Below are positions 13,305-27,286 of a stretch of DNA of 64,000 nt, piece after piece. The position numbers and the translations under genes were made by a program. The notes beneath the pieces are model-generated. The model was given only the letters and a program-made list of their open reading frames with translations, was not told the origin of the DNA and did no database searches. Where the stretch lies: NCBI GenBank assembly GCA_963575745.1, contig CAUYUJ010000137.1, forward strand, positions 496,001 through 560,000. Direction: 5' to 3'. Within the stretch, counting starts at the first letter, position 1. Each line of letters opens with the position of its first letter. Source of the DNA: Prorocentrum cordatum. Lineage: Eukaryota.

Positions 13305-13389
13305 CTTGCGGTGGTAGTCCCTGGCGCGGAGTACGTAGTCTTTGTGCTTCTCCAAGTACCCGAGCTTCTTGCGCTGGGCAGGCTGGTGC
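13305..13389 (-). CDS. UTP11: Isolated exon of U3 snoRNP / SSU processome protein Utp11
   Basis: Translation (R)HQPAQRKKLGYLEKHKDYVLRARDYHRK matches the conserved Utp11 N-terminal motif (QP..R...G.LEKHKDY..RA..YH.K); acceptor ctccgcgcAG|G; donor uncertain (GA or GC). Confidence 0.75.
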
Positions 13390-14788
13390 CTGCGCGGAGC
13401 GCCCGATCCGCTGCGGTGAGCACTCAAGACACAGTCTGCGCCGTTCCATGGACTCTCACCCTGTTCGCAGGAGCGGCCAGCATCGAATCGGCACACCAGA
13501 TCGGATCGGAACGTGCGTTGGATCAGGCTGCATCCACACGGAGTCGGACTCGAATCGGATCGGCCGCTCCTGGATGTACACGGGCGCCATAGCAGCATCG
13601 GGCAGCACCGCATAGTCGGAATACCGAAATCGGATCGGATCGGGCTGGCCGAGACCGATCCCGAATTGGAATCGATCGGACCGGACTGGATCGACCGGGA
13701 CGACCTTCCCCGGCTGCCGCCGACGACCCTCGCCCTTTCCCCGCCCCCCACACGCCCCCTGCGTGCGTGCTTGCCTGCTGCTGCCCTTGCCGCCCCCCCA
13801 ACCTCCCCTCCCCTGCTTGGGTCCGCTCGCCATGGTTTCCCTCCTCTCCGAAATAAGAAACAGTGCTTTTCCACCTGCTGCAGTACAGCACACGATGTGC
13901 AACTGCAGGCCATCCCTGAAGAGACTACCCCTCAGGTCCGAAACGTTGTGTGCTGAAACCTGGCACGGTGGGCGCTGGGGGCCAAAACAGCTTGTTTGGG
14001 TCAGATCGCCGTGCTTGTTCATCTCCCCCCCTGGGCTTTTGGTGCTCCCATCGTACTCAAAGACCAGATCCCAGAAATAATTTCGAGCAGCCTGAAAAGT
14101 GTCGAACAAGTGTCGAACGAGTATCGCCTCCCAGGGCCCGACACGTGAAAACCCTCAAGTTTCGGTACGTTCTTGGTGCTCAAGGCTAAAGGTGATCAAG
14201 GCTAAAGTAGGCTAAAATGAGTTGGAGCATCATAATTCTGGGCCTTCTTCCTGCCGTCCTCCGAATCTTGCAGGCTGGCGCGGGGCCATCCCTCTGCCGC
14301 GGCGCCCTTCGCAGTGCGCGTGCGCGCTGCACCAGGGCCTCCACTGACGATCCGAGCAACTTGCTCTTGCGATCGTCCACATTTGAACCGGTGGCCAGGG
14401 TCGCGTGGCCAGCATCATGTCAGGACCACCCCGCGCCCCTGTATTGCTGCCGCTGATCTGACCGCGGTTGAAGGTTTCAATGGCTTACTGACTGTCCTGT
14501 AACCTTAGTTGCCCGTGCAGAGTATTCGATCTTCGACTTTTTGGTGCAGCCACCCGACTGTGCCAAATCGTCTCTGCTGGTTACGTGCCACAAGTTGCCG
14601 CTGCTGCTCCTCCTCCCCCTCCACACCGTGCGAGCGCGCCATTCGGACGTCGTGAGTCCCCCCGAGGGTGCACGGCCAACATGCGACAGTCCACGCCGCT
14701 CCGAGGGAAAGGGCCGAGCGGAGAGGGTCCGAGACACTTCTAGGACGAGCCCCTCGTAGCTCCTGCGGCGCCCCAGAGACGCCCCGGG

Positions 14789-14922
14789 AGAGGAGGAGGA
14801 GGAGGAGGAGGAGGAGGAGGAGGAGGAGGAGGAGGAGGAGGAGGAGGAGGAGGAGGAGGAGGAGGAGGAGGAGGAGGAAGGAGGAGGAGGGGGGGGAGGG
14901 GGAGGGGGAGGAGGAGGAGGAG
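14789..14922. repeat. (GGA)n microsatellite
   Basis: About 30 perfect GGA units followed by a degenerate tail. Confidence 0.95.
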
Positions 14923-15046
14923 GCGGGAGCCCGCGCGGCGCCTCTCCAGGTGCACCCGCCGGTGCACGACGCGGCGCAGGTTGCCGTCGCCCCCGCCCAT
15001 TGTCGCCACGCGCGCGGGGAGCACGTCCTGCCCCGCCCATATAGAG

Positions 15047-15202
15047 GAAAAAGAACTATGCACATGCACCGATCCTGGCCAGGCCCATCCTAAGCCCAGG
15101 ATCGGTGCATACGCCCTCCTGCCTTGGCCAGGAAGGCATATGCACCGATCCTGGGTCAAGGGTGGGCCTTGCCAGGATCGGTGCATGTGCATAGTTCTCT
15201 TC
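15047..15202. repeat. Fold-back MITE-like element D
   Basis: agaactatgcacatgcaccgatcctggc ... gccaggatcggtgcatgtgcatagttct, with nested internal inverted copies. Confidence 0.75.
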
Positions 15203-15269
15203 GCTCGCCCACACCACTTGGCGGGGCCGCTCTCCGCGCGGCGCGAGGCGGCAGAACTCGGGAGGCACG

Positions 15270-15285
15270 GCGACGACGACGACGA

Positions 15286-15329
<44 letters not shown>

Positions 15330-15606
15330 TGGCGGCGGCAGCGGCGGAGACGGAGGCGATGGCGGCGGCGGCGACGAGGACGAGGACAAATCGACGACGA
15401 CGACGACGACGACGACGAATCGACGACTACGAATCAACGACGACAACGACGACGAATCGACGACGAATCGACGACGACGACGACAACGACGACGACTACG
15501 AATCACGACGACGGATCGACGACGAATCACCGACGAATCGACGACGACGACGACGAATCGACGACGACGACGCTGACGACGAATCGACAACGACCCGACG
15601 ACGACA
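15270..15606. repeat. (GAC)n / GACGACGAATC compound repeat
   Basis: Directly visible tandem array. Confidence 0.9.
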
Positions 15607-16689
15607 GCGGCGGAGCGGGCCCAGGGGCGCCGAGCGAGGGCCCGCCCCGCCGCTGAGCTCGGCCCCCTCAGGGCTTCGCACACGGGGGCTTGGCTAAACG
15701 GGGTCTTGGTTTTTTTTCCGGATGCTCCTATTAGCTACCTGGCGGGGGGAAAGGAGGAGGTTGCCTTCTCTCAAGGCTCGGAAGTGCCCCAACCTTCTGA
15801 AAGCTGAATGGCTTCTGACCCCTTTCCCGGATACACCAAAAAAATGTTGTGTATCCGAAGGCGCGAGCGTTTCTGAGAAGCCCTTCTGGGAAGGCGTCCT
15901 CCTCTGAGAAAGCCTTCTGCTTCTCACTTCCCCCCATCGCTCGCCGCCAAACTATGCCGCCGTCTGCGTTGCCCAAGGCCTCCTGAACGGGCGCAGTCGG
16001 CGGCCCCCGTCCCCCAAGCGTGGAAATCGGCGCTCCCCGTTCTCGGAAGGCTCGGACGTCCCCCGGCCTTCTGAAAGGTCTTCTACACCGAAGACACCAA
16101 ACAAATCTGAGAGGGGCGCGAGGGCCTCTGAGGAATCCCGCCGCCGTCTGAGAAGGCCTTATATTTCTCACTTCCCCCGTCGCTCGCCGCAGAACACCCA
16201 AAGGGGGTATATTTACTGTCGGACCTACGCCAGCAGAACATCCGTCGGCCAAAACGCACAGAACATCCAAGGGCAACCTCCACAATATAAACAAGAACGT
16301 CTAACACACACGAAGAACACGAGGGCACCCTCCCGGAACCGACCTCGATCTTATACCTCGGTCCGACTGTAATGGGAAGTGGCCTACAGGGGGGTGATCA
16401 AAAGGTCCCCCCAGGGGCCCTCTTCTTCACACCGCATTCACGTCACCCCCCATTACCACTCGCCCGACCATCACTCGGAGCCGAGCAGGACTCACGACCG
16501 GGGAACATATCCGTATCCGCGCCCTCGCGGTCTGGATACTGGTGCGCGATCCCGCGGATACCCGAACCCTGATATGAGTTAACGAGTTTAAGAAAATTGT
16601 GGCGGTACAATTACAAAATATAGCTTCGCCGGCAAGGGTGTCGCAGTCGTGGTTGTCGCAGAAGGAGCAATAATAGAAACTCATGTTGT

Positions 16690-17264
16690 TGTGGTTGCAG
16701 TCGTCGTAATGGCGGTACTAATCGTACCCGTGAGAATTGTCGAATTAAGGGTGGTAGTAATAGTAACCGTGAGAGTTGTAGTCTTAGTAGTAGTGGTAGA
16801 AGTAGCCGTCGTAGTCGTAGTCGTCGTTGCAGAAGAAGAGGCAGTAGTAGTCGTAATAATACTAGTAGCAGTAGCAGTAGCAGTAGCAGTAGTAGTAGTA
16901 TGCGTAGTACTAGGAGTGACAGACGTAGTAGTAGCAGAAGTAGAACTCGTCGCAGTAGTCGTCGTCGTCGCGATAATAATAATAATTGAAGTGTTAGAAG
17001 CAGCAGCGGCAGTAGTCGTAGTAGTACTAGTAGAGTACTAGTAGAAGTGGAAGTAGAAGTAGACGTAGAAGTAGAAGTAGTAACACTAGTAGTAGTAGCA
17101 GTAGTAGTTGTGATAGCAGTAGTAGTAGTAGTAGTAGTAGTCGTAGTAGTAGTACTAGTAGTAGTAGTAGTAGTAGTGGTAGTAGTAGTAGTAGTAGTAG
17201 TAGTACGAGTAGTAGTAGCAGTACTAGTAGTAGTGGTGGTGGTAGTGGTAGGGGTAGTAGTGGT

Positions 17265-17296
<32 letters not shown>

Positions 17297-17580
17297 TAGC
17301 AGCAGTAGTAGCACGACTAGTAATAGCACGAGTTATAGTACGAGTAGCCGTAGTAGTAACAGTAGTAGTAGTAGTAGTAGTAGTAATAGTAGTATTAGTA
17401 GTAGTCGTCCCAGTAGTAGTAGTATCACCCGTGATCATAGTATCGAGAATTAAAAAAAAAGTAGCAGAAGTAGTGGTAGTAGTGCTAGTAGTAGTAGAAG
17501 TAGTAGTGGTGGTGGTGGTAGTGGTGGTGGTAGGAGTAGTAGCAGTTGTAGCAGTAGTAGTGGTAGCAGTAGTACTAGTG

Positions 17581-17653
<73 letters not shown>

Positions 17654-17684
17654 TGGTAGTAATAGTAGTAGTAGTAGTAGTAGT

Positions 17685-17744
<60 letters not shown>

Positions 17745-17784
17745 ATAGTAGTAGTAGTAGTAGTTGTTGTAGTAGTAGTAGTAA

Positions 17785-17823
<39 letters not shown>

Positions 17824-17857
17824 AAGTAGTAGTAGTAGTAGTGGTAGTAGTAGTAGC

Positions 17858-17895
<38 letters not shown>

Positions 17896-17905
17896 CGGTA
17901 GTGGC
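16690..17905. repeat. 1.2-kb (GTA)n microsatellite
   Basis: Degenerate at left, near-perfect toward the right. Confidence 0.95.
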
Positions 17906-18918
17906 AGTGCCATCGCGGCGCAAGCCCAGGGGCGTAGCGGGAGACGATCAACAAAAATAGCCTACGACCCCCAGACTTGATAAGTCGAACCCGTACAATG
18001 GGGCCCCTTGTGAGGGGTCGGAGGGCGGAGTTTGTTGATCGCTTACCGACAGTACCGTATCGGCGCCCTCGCGGTCTGGACTCTGGGGCGCGATCCCGCG
18101 GACACGCGGATCGCACGGAACCGTTCTGCGCGGGGCATCCGCGAAAAAACGCTACGTATCGGCGAGGTCGCGGCCCAGGGGCCCAGCCCGCCAGGCCGCG
18201 GATGCGGATACGTTCTCGCCAAGAAGGAAGGGAGCCCACAACGGACGTACGCGCCCAACCACGTACATGAATACGCCCCCCCGTCCGCGAGACCAACCTC
18301 GTGAGACGAACGCTCGCGCAATGCGTGCTTGGGGAAACCAGAGGGTACCGATACCGCTACTCCCCGAACCTCCCCCGGGGAACGTTCTGACCAGAGTGTC
18401 AAAGGGAATATGGAGTGGAGACCTAAGACGAAGAAAACGAGGAAGGGCAGCGGTATCTGTACTGTTCCTTCCTCTGAGTACTTCAGAAACCAGCGTAAAT
18501 TTGTATGTGCGTGTATGTCCTTCTTTCACCCCTGGGGAGGACGAGCGCCCATGCGAAAAAGAAGGAAAACCACATGGCGATTGAACTAGGACAGCGCCAG
18601 AAGTATATGATATCTGGGAATCCAAGTTCAAAGACCGATTGGTACGGGTACAATCGGACCCAGGCCAAAAGAACATCCCTCAAGAACACGAGACCCGTTG
18701 CCAGCCGAAACGCACAGAACGTCCAAGGGTACCCTCCCCAGGATGCACAAGAACATCCAGCATACATGACGAACATGACACCCTCTCCGAAACGACCTTG
18801 ATCATATTCCTCGGTCCAAGTGTACTTTCGAAACCAGCGTGGACTCTCAGATGCGTGTGCGTCCTTCCTGCGGTCCCGGGGAGGACCAAAACACCCAGGG
18901 AGATGGGCGGCAGGTGGC

Positions 18919-19134
18919 CTCCTCCTCCTCCTCCTCCTCCTCCTCCTCCTCATCAGCATCATCATCATCAGCAGCAGTATCAACATCATCATCATAATCA
19001 TCATCGTTATGATCATCAACATCACCATCATCATCAGCATCCTCATTATCAGCATCAGCAGCATCATCATCATCATCATCATAATCATCAATCGCCAGCA
19101 TCGTCATCATCATCATCATCATCATCATCATCAG

Positions 19135-19167
<33 letters not shown>

Positions 19168-19300
19168 TTTCCTCCTCCTCCTCCTCCAGCTCCTCCTCCT
19201 CCTCAACCTGCTCCTTGTCCTCCGCCTCTTCCTTCTCCTCCTCCTCCTCCTCATCATTCTTTTCCTCCTTCACCTCCTTCTCCTCCTCCACTCCTTCTCC
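18919..19300. repeat. (CCT)n-(CAT)n-(CCT)n compound microsatellite
   Basis: Directly visible. Confidence 0.9.
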
Positions 19301-20487
19301 TTATGAAAAACGCTTCCCTGTCGCACCCCGGGGCCAGTCGGAAGAACGGGCCGGGCGTTTCGCCTGATACGGTCTTAGCACGCAAAAGCTTAAGCATTGC
19401 CAGCAACTTCACAGATGGAGGGCTGGTTGCTTCCAATATGTGGTTCTCGCTTTAGCGCCGCGTGCACTCGTCTTAATTATATGTGCACAAAGGCTTCACG
19501 CGTATTGAGATCGGGTGGTTCTCAAAACGTAGCTCTCGCCTCAGCGCCGCGCGCATTCGTTTTCAACATGTGGTTTTCAAACCGTACGTCTCGCATATGC
19601 GCCGCGCATATTCGTTGTAAAATGCATAAATAATTCACGGGTTGAGGGCGGGTGGTCTACAAAATGTGGCCTTCGCCTTAGAGCCGCGAAACGCTGCTTG
19701 AAAATACAATAAAGTTACGGATTGAGGGCGGCCCCTTTTCAAAATGTGACTCTCGCCCCAGTGCCGCGCACAGTCGTTTGACAAATGTGCAAAACTCGCA
19801 TTACTTCCCATGTCTGACGCATCAGAAGCGGTGTTATTGGAATGAATGGTTCAGTACCGTCAGGGCGCAACAGTTACGTTCATTTGCGTTGAAATCAAAA
19901 GAATGGTGTTCGGGCGCGATTCAGGATCGCCAGGACGCAACAGCCAGGTTGACTCGGGGCGCTGAAATCTTGAGAATTGTGTTCTGGTGCACATCAGGAT
20001 GTTCAAACGGTTGCCCCCCAACGAGGCACCTCCCTCGATGGAACGGAACCCGTGTAGGGGCCTACGACGACGGAGCCTGGGGGTAGGGTATATTCCAACA
20101 TTGTTAATGAGTCTTGTCCCCCTCCTCCTCCTCCTCGCCCAGAATGGACGCGGACAAAAAATGGGCACGATGCCCACAAGCAGCTGTTGATTACAACCGA
20201 CAGCGGCCGCTGTTGGACAAGCGGCAGTCTGTCTCGAGTGGACGTCGTCCGCGGCGACACCAACAGCCATCCTCTTCAATCAATATGGACCAAGCTCCGA
20301 CCAGCCCTTTACGGCGTAGGTGGTCTAGGGAGCTTCCTCTCCCAACCCCCTTCTCCCCCTTCGGAGCAGGGTTTATCACTGTTTGGGGCAGGGTTTATCA
20401 CTGTTTCCTATTAATCAAAACCCCCATCCCACCCGGCCGGCGGCCAACCCGGAACAATGCCAACAGACACACACACACACACACACA

Positions 20488-20518
<31 letters not shown>

Positions 20519-21139
20519 CACCACCACCACCACCACCACCACCACCACCACCACCACCATCCCTGTCAAAAGCACTACAAAACGCACTCTGCCTCCACAT
20601 TCAGAGCACGCGCAGCCGCCCCGCGACCACTTTGTATTGATATTTTACGAGGACGGCCGGGGTGCCGGCAGATCCCACCTGCCTTCTGGCCGCGGGTTCT
20701 CCTGGGCATCTGGGAGGCCCTCAAGAGGCTCTCCTGGGCATCTGGGAGGCCCTCAAGAATGCCTTGTAACCGAAGACCCCCCAAAAGAGGCCCGTCGCCG
20801 TCGTCGTCGCCGCGTGACACCCGGGAAACGCCGCGGGCTCTGAGACCCGCCCGCCCCGTCGGTCAGCGCCCCGCCCAGCTGCTCGTCCCAGCCGCCGTCC
20901 ACGTGCGGCCGCCGTCCGCGGGCGCGCCCGCCTCTCCTGTCGCACTCGAGCCGCAGCTGGCGGGACTACGATTGTACCGTCGGGACCTTTGCATTGGTAT
21001 GTGACAGAGCCTCTTTGGGGGTTTAAACCTCCGGTCCTTTGGCCCAGTGTTACGTATGTGTTGGGAGGGCGGGTTGGGAGTGAGCTACACGGCTTGCTCC
21101 TTGTAGGATCCCCTGGACCTGGACGGGGGGGTTCGCGGG

Positions 21140-21992
21140 TAGCTGGAGCCTCCAAAACGGCCCCAGCGAGGAAGCCAAAATCATTGGGTTTACTAAGGTT
21201 TGGGCCCCATGTTGGCCTTCTGGGGCGGCGAAGGGAACCCCCCTTCTTTGATCGATCTCCTCCGAGATGGCCCCAAGAGCGCTCCCAAGGCTCCCAAGGG
21301 TGTCCCAAGAGGGCCCCAAGAGGCGGCCAGGAGTCCCCAAGGGGCCCCCAAGAGGCCCACGGGATGCCCCCAAGAGGCTCCCAAGAGGCCCCTAAGAGGC
21401 CCCCCAGAGGCCCCCCAGAGGCACCCCAGACGCTCCAAGAGGCCTCGGCGAGAATGCCAAAAATCCTTGATTGTACTGGGGGGGGGGGAGGGGGGGGGGC
21501 ACTGCTTAAGATGATTCCAAGAGCGCCTTGGAGAGCCCAAGGTGATCACCAAGATGGCTCAAGATATCCCAAGATGCCTCAAGTTGGCTCCCACGATGCT
21601 CCAAGGAGTCCCAAGACCGCTCCAAGACGGCTCCAGGTGGCCAAAGAGCTCCCCCAGGAGGCCACGAAGAGGACAAATCCTTCATAAACCTTAGGACAAT
21701 CAATGTTTTTTCCTTTCTCGCCTTTTCGCGTCCGATGGCCGCCCGAGGACTCAAGATGGCTTCAAGATGGCCCAAGAGGGCTCCAAGAGCGCTCCCAAGG
21801 CTCCCAAGAGCGCTTCAAGAGGGCCCCAAGAGGCGACAAGGAGGCCCCAGGACGCCCCAACAGGCGCTCAAGAGGCCTCCGAGAGGCTCCCAAGAAACCC
21901 CCGAGAGGCCCCAAAAAGCCCTCCGAGGCACCCAAGACGCAGGCGTCCAGGACCGCCAAGAGGCCCCAAGACGCTCCTAGAGGCCTCCTCCA
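21140..21992. repeat. Dispersed repeat with ~10-11-bp GGCCCCAAGA-type tandem units
   Basis: Many ccaaga/ggccccaaga units; related sequence near 10680-11080 and 20700-20790. Confidence 0.7.
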
Positions 21993-24747
21993 CTCGGGGA
22001 CCCTTCCTCTGTGTGCTGCCCACTTCCCTGATCGAGGCAATTCCTCTGGGCATCGTCTCTGGATGGGCTGGTGGGGTTGAGCGAAGCGTCTAGAATTGAT
22101 GTTCGCCGTTGTACCCATTATATCCGTACCCACTGCGATCGTACCGAAACAGGCAGAGGACGAGACGACGACAGGGGGGAGGCACGAGGCGGGCGAGGAA
22201 AAAACGGTGCAGATCGCAGGCACCGAGCCAGGCGCGCGCCCGATCCCACTCAGCCCACACGCCCCGTCCTACAGGCTCGGCGCCGTCGCGGGGGAGCGAG
22301 CACGAGCTCGCCGCGGCGGGGGGGAGGGGGGGGGCAGCCCCAGCTGGTGCGCGGGCGGAGCGGTTGGTTGCAGGGCGAAGGGAAGCAGGAGGAAGGGAAA
22401 GAGGAGAGAAAGGAGGACAGCGGGTGGAAGAGGTCAAGGAGATGCAGGACGAGAAGCAAGAGGAGGGGACGATGGGGAAGCCGAAAAGTACCTGTACCGC
22501 TACCCCCCAGACCTCTCCTGGGGCGCGTTCTGACCAGGATTTCGAGGCCAATCCAGCGGTGGCGACGAGGGCCTCCCAGGAGGCCGAGAAAAGGAGAAGC
22601 GGGCGGAGGGGCAGAGGTATGGGTACCTTTTCCTCCTCTGGGTGCAGGATGAGAAGCAGGAGGGGTGAGGAGGAGAACGACAAACTGGCGCCGCGACAAC
22701 GCGCGCCATTGCGGAGCACCCAGGGGTGCCGTGGAGGGAGGGGTCGCCATCGAACTCGCGGTTGCCGGACAGTCTGTGTGGTTGGCACCCCTCGGTGCTG
22801 CTAAAAGGTTCCTCCTTGACTTCCTCACCATCGCTCGGCCGTCCATTTCCCGTGCATTTCTCGGCTTCGCGCGTGTACTTTTTGTCGCAAGATGGTCCAA
22901 GATGCTCCACGATCGATGGAACTCGCCGAGAACAAATGCACACGTCCGAGCGATGCCAAGCTTATGCATGTTCGAAGCCCACGCTCAAGGTCCGCGAGGT
23001 TGTCGGGCATCCACATTCGGCGGCGCGGCCGGGAGGGAAGTGAGAAAAGGCGGGCCTTCCCAGAAGGGTCGGAAGTCCCCCTTGCCTTCCGAGAAGTTTC
23101 CTAGAAGCCTTCCCCGAAGACACAGAACACTTCTCAGAGGTCGCGAGGGCTTCCAAAAAGCCCCGCCGCCTTCTGCAAGGGCCTCCTCCCTCTCAGAGAA
23201 AAAGAAGAAGAAGAAAAAACATAAACATAAACTGTTGGCTCTCCGCGCGGATTTCTTGGATCCGCACCAGACCCACCTCCCTGGCACGCGGAGCGCGCCA
23301 GGGGCGGCGCTGGAGACGCCGCCAGAGGGGGCCCAACGCGGATCCAAGAAATCCGCGCCGAGCGCCAAAAGTTTATGTCTTCTTCGACTACCGACTACCC
23401 ATACCCCCCTCAGAAATCGTAGGGGTATGGATAAGGGTAGGGTTAGGTTAGGGTAGGGGTAGGGGTAGGGCTAATTAGGTTGTTGATCTGGCTTGTTTTT
23501 CTCCGATCTCACTTCCCACCCTCGCTCGCCGCCGACACACGCCCTGCGCACCTGGGCTTGTTGGGCACTGCCACAGCGCAGGAAGAGAGCCGCGCTGGAG
23601 AGCTCGGCGGCCGCGGAGAGGACCCAGAGGCGGGCGCACAGGACGGCTGCTCTTGAGGGGTGCCCATGTGTTCTCTCCTCCTCCTCCTCCTCCTCCTCCT
23701 CCTCCGCCTCCTCCTCCTCCTTCTCCTCCTCCTCCTCCTCCTCCTCCTCCTCCTCCTCTCGGGGTCGCGCAAACATGGATTAGCAATCCATGGATTTGGC
23801 GCGCGGTCGCCAAATCCATGGGTCGGGGGAGGTGCCCTCCCCAAAATGCGGCCAGTGCCGCCTCGTTCGGCGGCGGAGATCGTCGATTTCCACTGAAAAC
23901 GGGACCCGTCGCTATTCCACGCCCCCTTGATCCATGTTTGCGATCGCCTGACTCTCCGTTTCGTCCTGGTCGCCATGTGTTTGAAGATTGGTGTTGCCCG
24001 CTTGTAAATTCTTCCACGGAACCCCCGCCGCCGGCCTTCATGGTCTGAGCGGGCTCATTCCTGTCCCTCCCTCGCACCCTGTTCCTTTTGCTAATGTGCC
24101 CCGATTTGCTCCCTGTGCATCTCACCGCCTGCTGACTGGCGTCTGATTGTCCTTGACCACCTGGCGCCCGCGGGCAATTCAAATTTGAGGAATGGCCACT
24201 TGCTGGTGTTTGAAGACGGCCTGCCTGGCCCTGATAGTTGGGGCGGCGACGACATCCCTCTCGCCTGTCGAACGGACGGACGGGCGCGCGGAGGCGCCCC
24301 CAGCCCAGGAGCGTGAGCAAACCGACTGGCGGCTTGCGCGGCTAGGCCGCAGCCTCATAATATGTTGCTCGTGGGTGCTCATGTGCTATCTGCTCGAGTA
24401 TTGTCCACTTGCCGCTGTATCGGAACGGCCGGCATGGCCCTGAGATCCCTGATGCGGCTAGAAAGGCCTTGCGATGGTCCTTCCTTCCCGCCCTCCTCCT
24501 CCTCCTCCCACATTGGCGGCGCGCACCAGGGGGTATGGGGATAGGGGACCCACCCCTGCGCGTGGCCGACAACCGCCACCCCCGGGCCTGGGCAGCCCCC
24601 TTCGATGAGCCTCGGTACGTGCGCCGGCGCCAGAGTGCGCCTGCCCACTCGGGCCCTCCAGTGCGGCGCAGGGAGCGCAAGGAGCGAGCCAGCACTGGCC
24701 GCGCGCAGGTGAGCGGAGTAAACGCCCGTTGAACTAGAGGCTGCTTT

Positions 24748-24947
24748 CGGCGGCGAGCGAGGGGGGGGAAGCGAGAAGGATAAGGCCCTCTCAGTAGGCG
24801 GCGGGGCTTCTCAGATGGCCTCGGACCTTGCGAGAATTGTTCTGTGTATTCGGGGAAGGCTTAAGAACACTTCTCGGAAGGCCGAGGGACTTCCAGGCCT
24901 TCTGAGAAGGCCATCTCCTTCTCACTTCCCCCCAGGCTTGCCGCCGA
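24748..24947. repeat. MITE-like family E
   Basis: TIR ggcggcgagcgagggggggaagcgagaag ... cttctcacttcccccc..cttgccgcc, internal ttctcagaag/cttctgagaa; copies at ~15740-15948, 16020-16190, 23020-23200, 25535-25724 and 29004-29194. Confidence 0.7.
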
Positions 24948-27066
24948 TGGTTTGTTATAAAACTCAAGCAAATGTATTGACATGGCATTTGCATCCGCCG
25001 CATTTTCCAAATGCGCTGGGCCGCAAAGGCGTGCAAGTGAGTCTCGATTTGCGTGAAGTCCGGATTTCATTTCGGGCCACGCCACGCCCCCCCGCCTCCA
25101 TGCAAGTAAGCATGCCAGAGTCTAAAGGAAAAAAACCTCCTATGTCACCAGCCCCCGAAGACCATCCGGAGGCTCGGGGCTTCGTAAACGGGGGCTTAGC
25201 TGAACGGGGGCGTATGCTTTTCCGTATGCCCCCATTTGCTATGCCCCCGTCTCCGGCGCCCAGGGCCCCCCAAACGGGGCATGACCAACCGTGGAAATCC
25301 GCGTTCCCCGTGCCCCTGTTTGCTGTGCTCTCGCCTCTGGCGCACGTGGACGCTCGGGGATAAACGGTCCGGGTCAATCCAGGCCCGGGTCAGTCAGACG
25401 GTGCAGGATCCTGCCTGCAGGATCCTGCAGGATCCTGCAAGATCCTGCACTCAAGCCCGGGCCAGTGCACCCCTGGCTCTGCAGCAGTCGGCGCCCTGAC
25501 CAACCCCCATTTGCGTTGACCCCCATCCCTCGGCCGCGAGCGAGGGGGGGAAGTCAGAGGGCGAGGGCCTTCTCAGAAGGATCGGAAGGCCACCGGCTTT
25601 CTGAGAAGTGTTCTGAGCCTTCCCCGAAGACAACAAAACTTCTCAGAAGGCGCGAGGGCTTCTGAGAAGTCCCTCCGCCTTCCGAGAAGGTTTTCTCCTT
25701 CTCGCTTCCCCACCTCGCTCACCGCGGAATCTCTTGAGCCCCAATCAGGGACCGAAGCTGGCCCAAGCCCGGCCGCTCCAGAACCTCTGGGAAGGATCCT
25801 CGGCCCCCCCCGCGCCCGCCGCGGCCCTTCCTTCGGAGGCGCCCGAGAGGCCTGCCATCGCTCGGACGTCCAGTCCTCGTGCCCTTCTCGGTCTCGCGCG
25901 CTACTGGTTCTCCGCAAGATGATCCAGGATGCTCCTCGCTGGTCCTCGCCGAGGAAGCGCGCACACGTCCGAGCGACGCCAAGGAGGGGCGCGTCAACGA
26001 GGGAGGTCGTAAATCATGGCCAGAGGCGTGTGCGCGGACGAGGGAGAGGGGGCCAGGGAGAGCATTGAAAGACGAAGAAGAAGAATAATAAGACGAAGAA
26101 GAAGAAGTAGAAGAAGAAGAAGAAAAAGAAGAAGAGGGGGCCATGAGATCTGGGAGATGTCATGGCCCCACTAGTCATCGCGTCATCGCCCTTTGGCACG
26201 GGCGCTCGGCCACTACTCTTTGCATCCGTAAAACGCACCCAGGATGCAAATCGGGTGAAAATGCAAATCTCACGAAAAGTTTCCCAAACCCATCAGAATG
26301 TAAATGCCGTGTTTGCGGCGTGGCCGGCGGGAATGCTGGCGTTGGCCTTTCAAAGGGGTCACAAAGCCTACCCACAACGCGTCCCAAAGACGGGGGTCGA
26401 CTAGTGGACGCACGCCCATCTCGAGCTCTTCATCCTCGTCCCAGCTGTATCAGAAGCTTCTCCTCCGCCTGAAGCCGTGGCCACTCTTCAGAGAGAAAGG
26501 GGGGCGGCGCAGCAGCCAGCGGGAAGCGGCAAGAGCAGCACGGGCGGTCGAGAAGTGGAGCCAAGGTCTTGCCAGGGGCGTCCAAGGAGGGCAGCGTCCA
26601 AGAGGGGGGCTCGAAAGTCATGGCCGGAGGCATGCGCGCGGCACAGGGTGGGCCAAGGGGCGCGTGGAAATAATACAGGAACAACAAACGGCATAAACAT
26701 AAGCTTTTGACGGTCCGCGCGGAGTTCGTGGATCTGCGCTGGACCGCCTCCCTGGCGCGAGGAGCACGCCAGGGGCGGCGCCCGGGGCGCCGCCGGGGGG
26801 GCCGATCCACGAAATTTGCGCGGAGCGCCAAAAGTTTATGTGTATGCCGCTTGTTCTTCTTCGAGCATGGAAGTGGGCCATGAAATCTGGAGAAATGTCA
26901 TGGCACGGGTCATGACTCCCCCCCAACCCCTAGTCGTCCCCCCCCTCATTGTCCACCCCCGAGGGCAAGGGGGACCTGCGCACGGACCTTGCCCGGGGTG
27001 CGTTCGGAACAGAAGCTCGAGGCGCATCCAGCGGTGGATGGGCCTCCCAGGAGTCCCAAAAATAGA

Positions 27067-27286
27067 GGCCTCCCAGATGGGGTCGGAGTAGATGGGGTCG
27101 GGGGATCGAGCCGCATCGGCGATGCATCGCCGATGCATTGGTGATGCGCCCGCGACGCCGGCGATGCATCGGCGACGTCGGCGTGGAGAAAATCGGGCTC
27201 CACATCAAGCCGCATCGCCGATGCATCGGCGATGCATCGGCGATGCATCGGCGATACGGCGAGACTCCGACCCCATCTGGGAGTCC
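27067..27286. mobile_element. Most intact family A MITE, with TAGA on both flanks
   Basis: 19-bp perfect TIR ctcccagatggggtcggag (27070-27088 / 27265-27283); GG...CC termini; TAGA at 27063-27066 and 27287-27290. Confidence 0.75.

Noticed and set aside
16611..18296. Poly-Thr/Tyr/Leu mucin-like ORFs
   Set aside because: Translation of the (GTA)n microsatellite.
14951..24708. Scattered micro-exon candidates (e.g. + 14950-14979, - 20932-20956, - 23552-23594, + 24662-24708)
   Set aside because: Plausible splice signals but too short to assign or link without transcript data.
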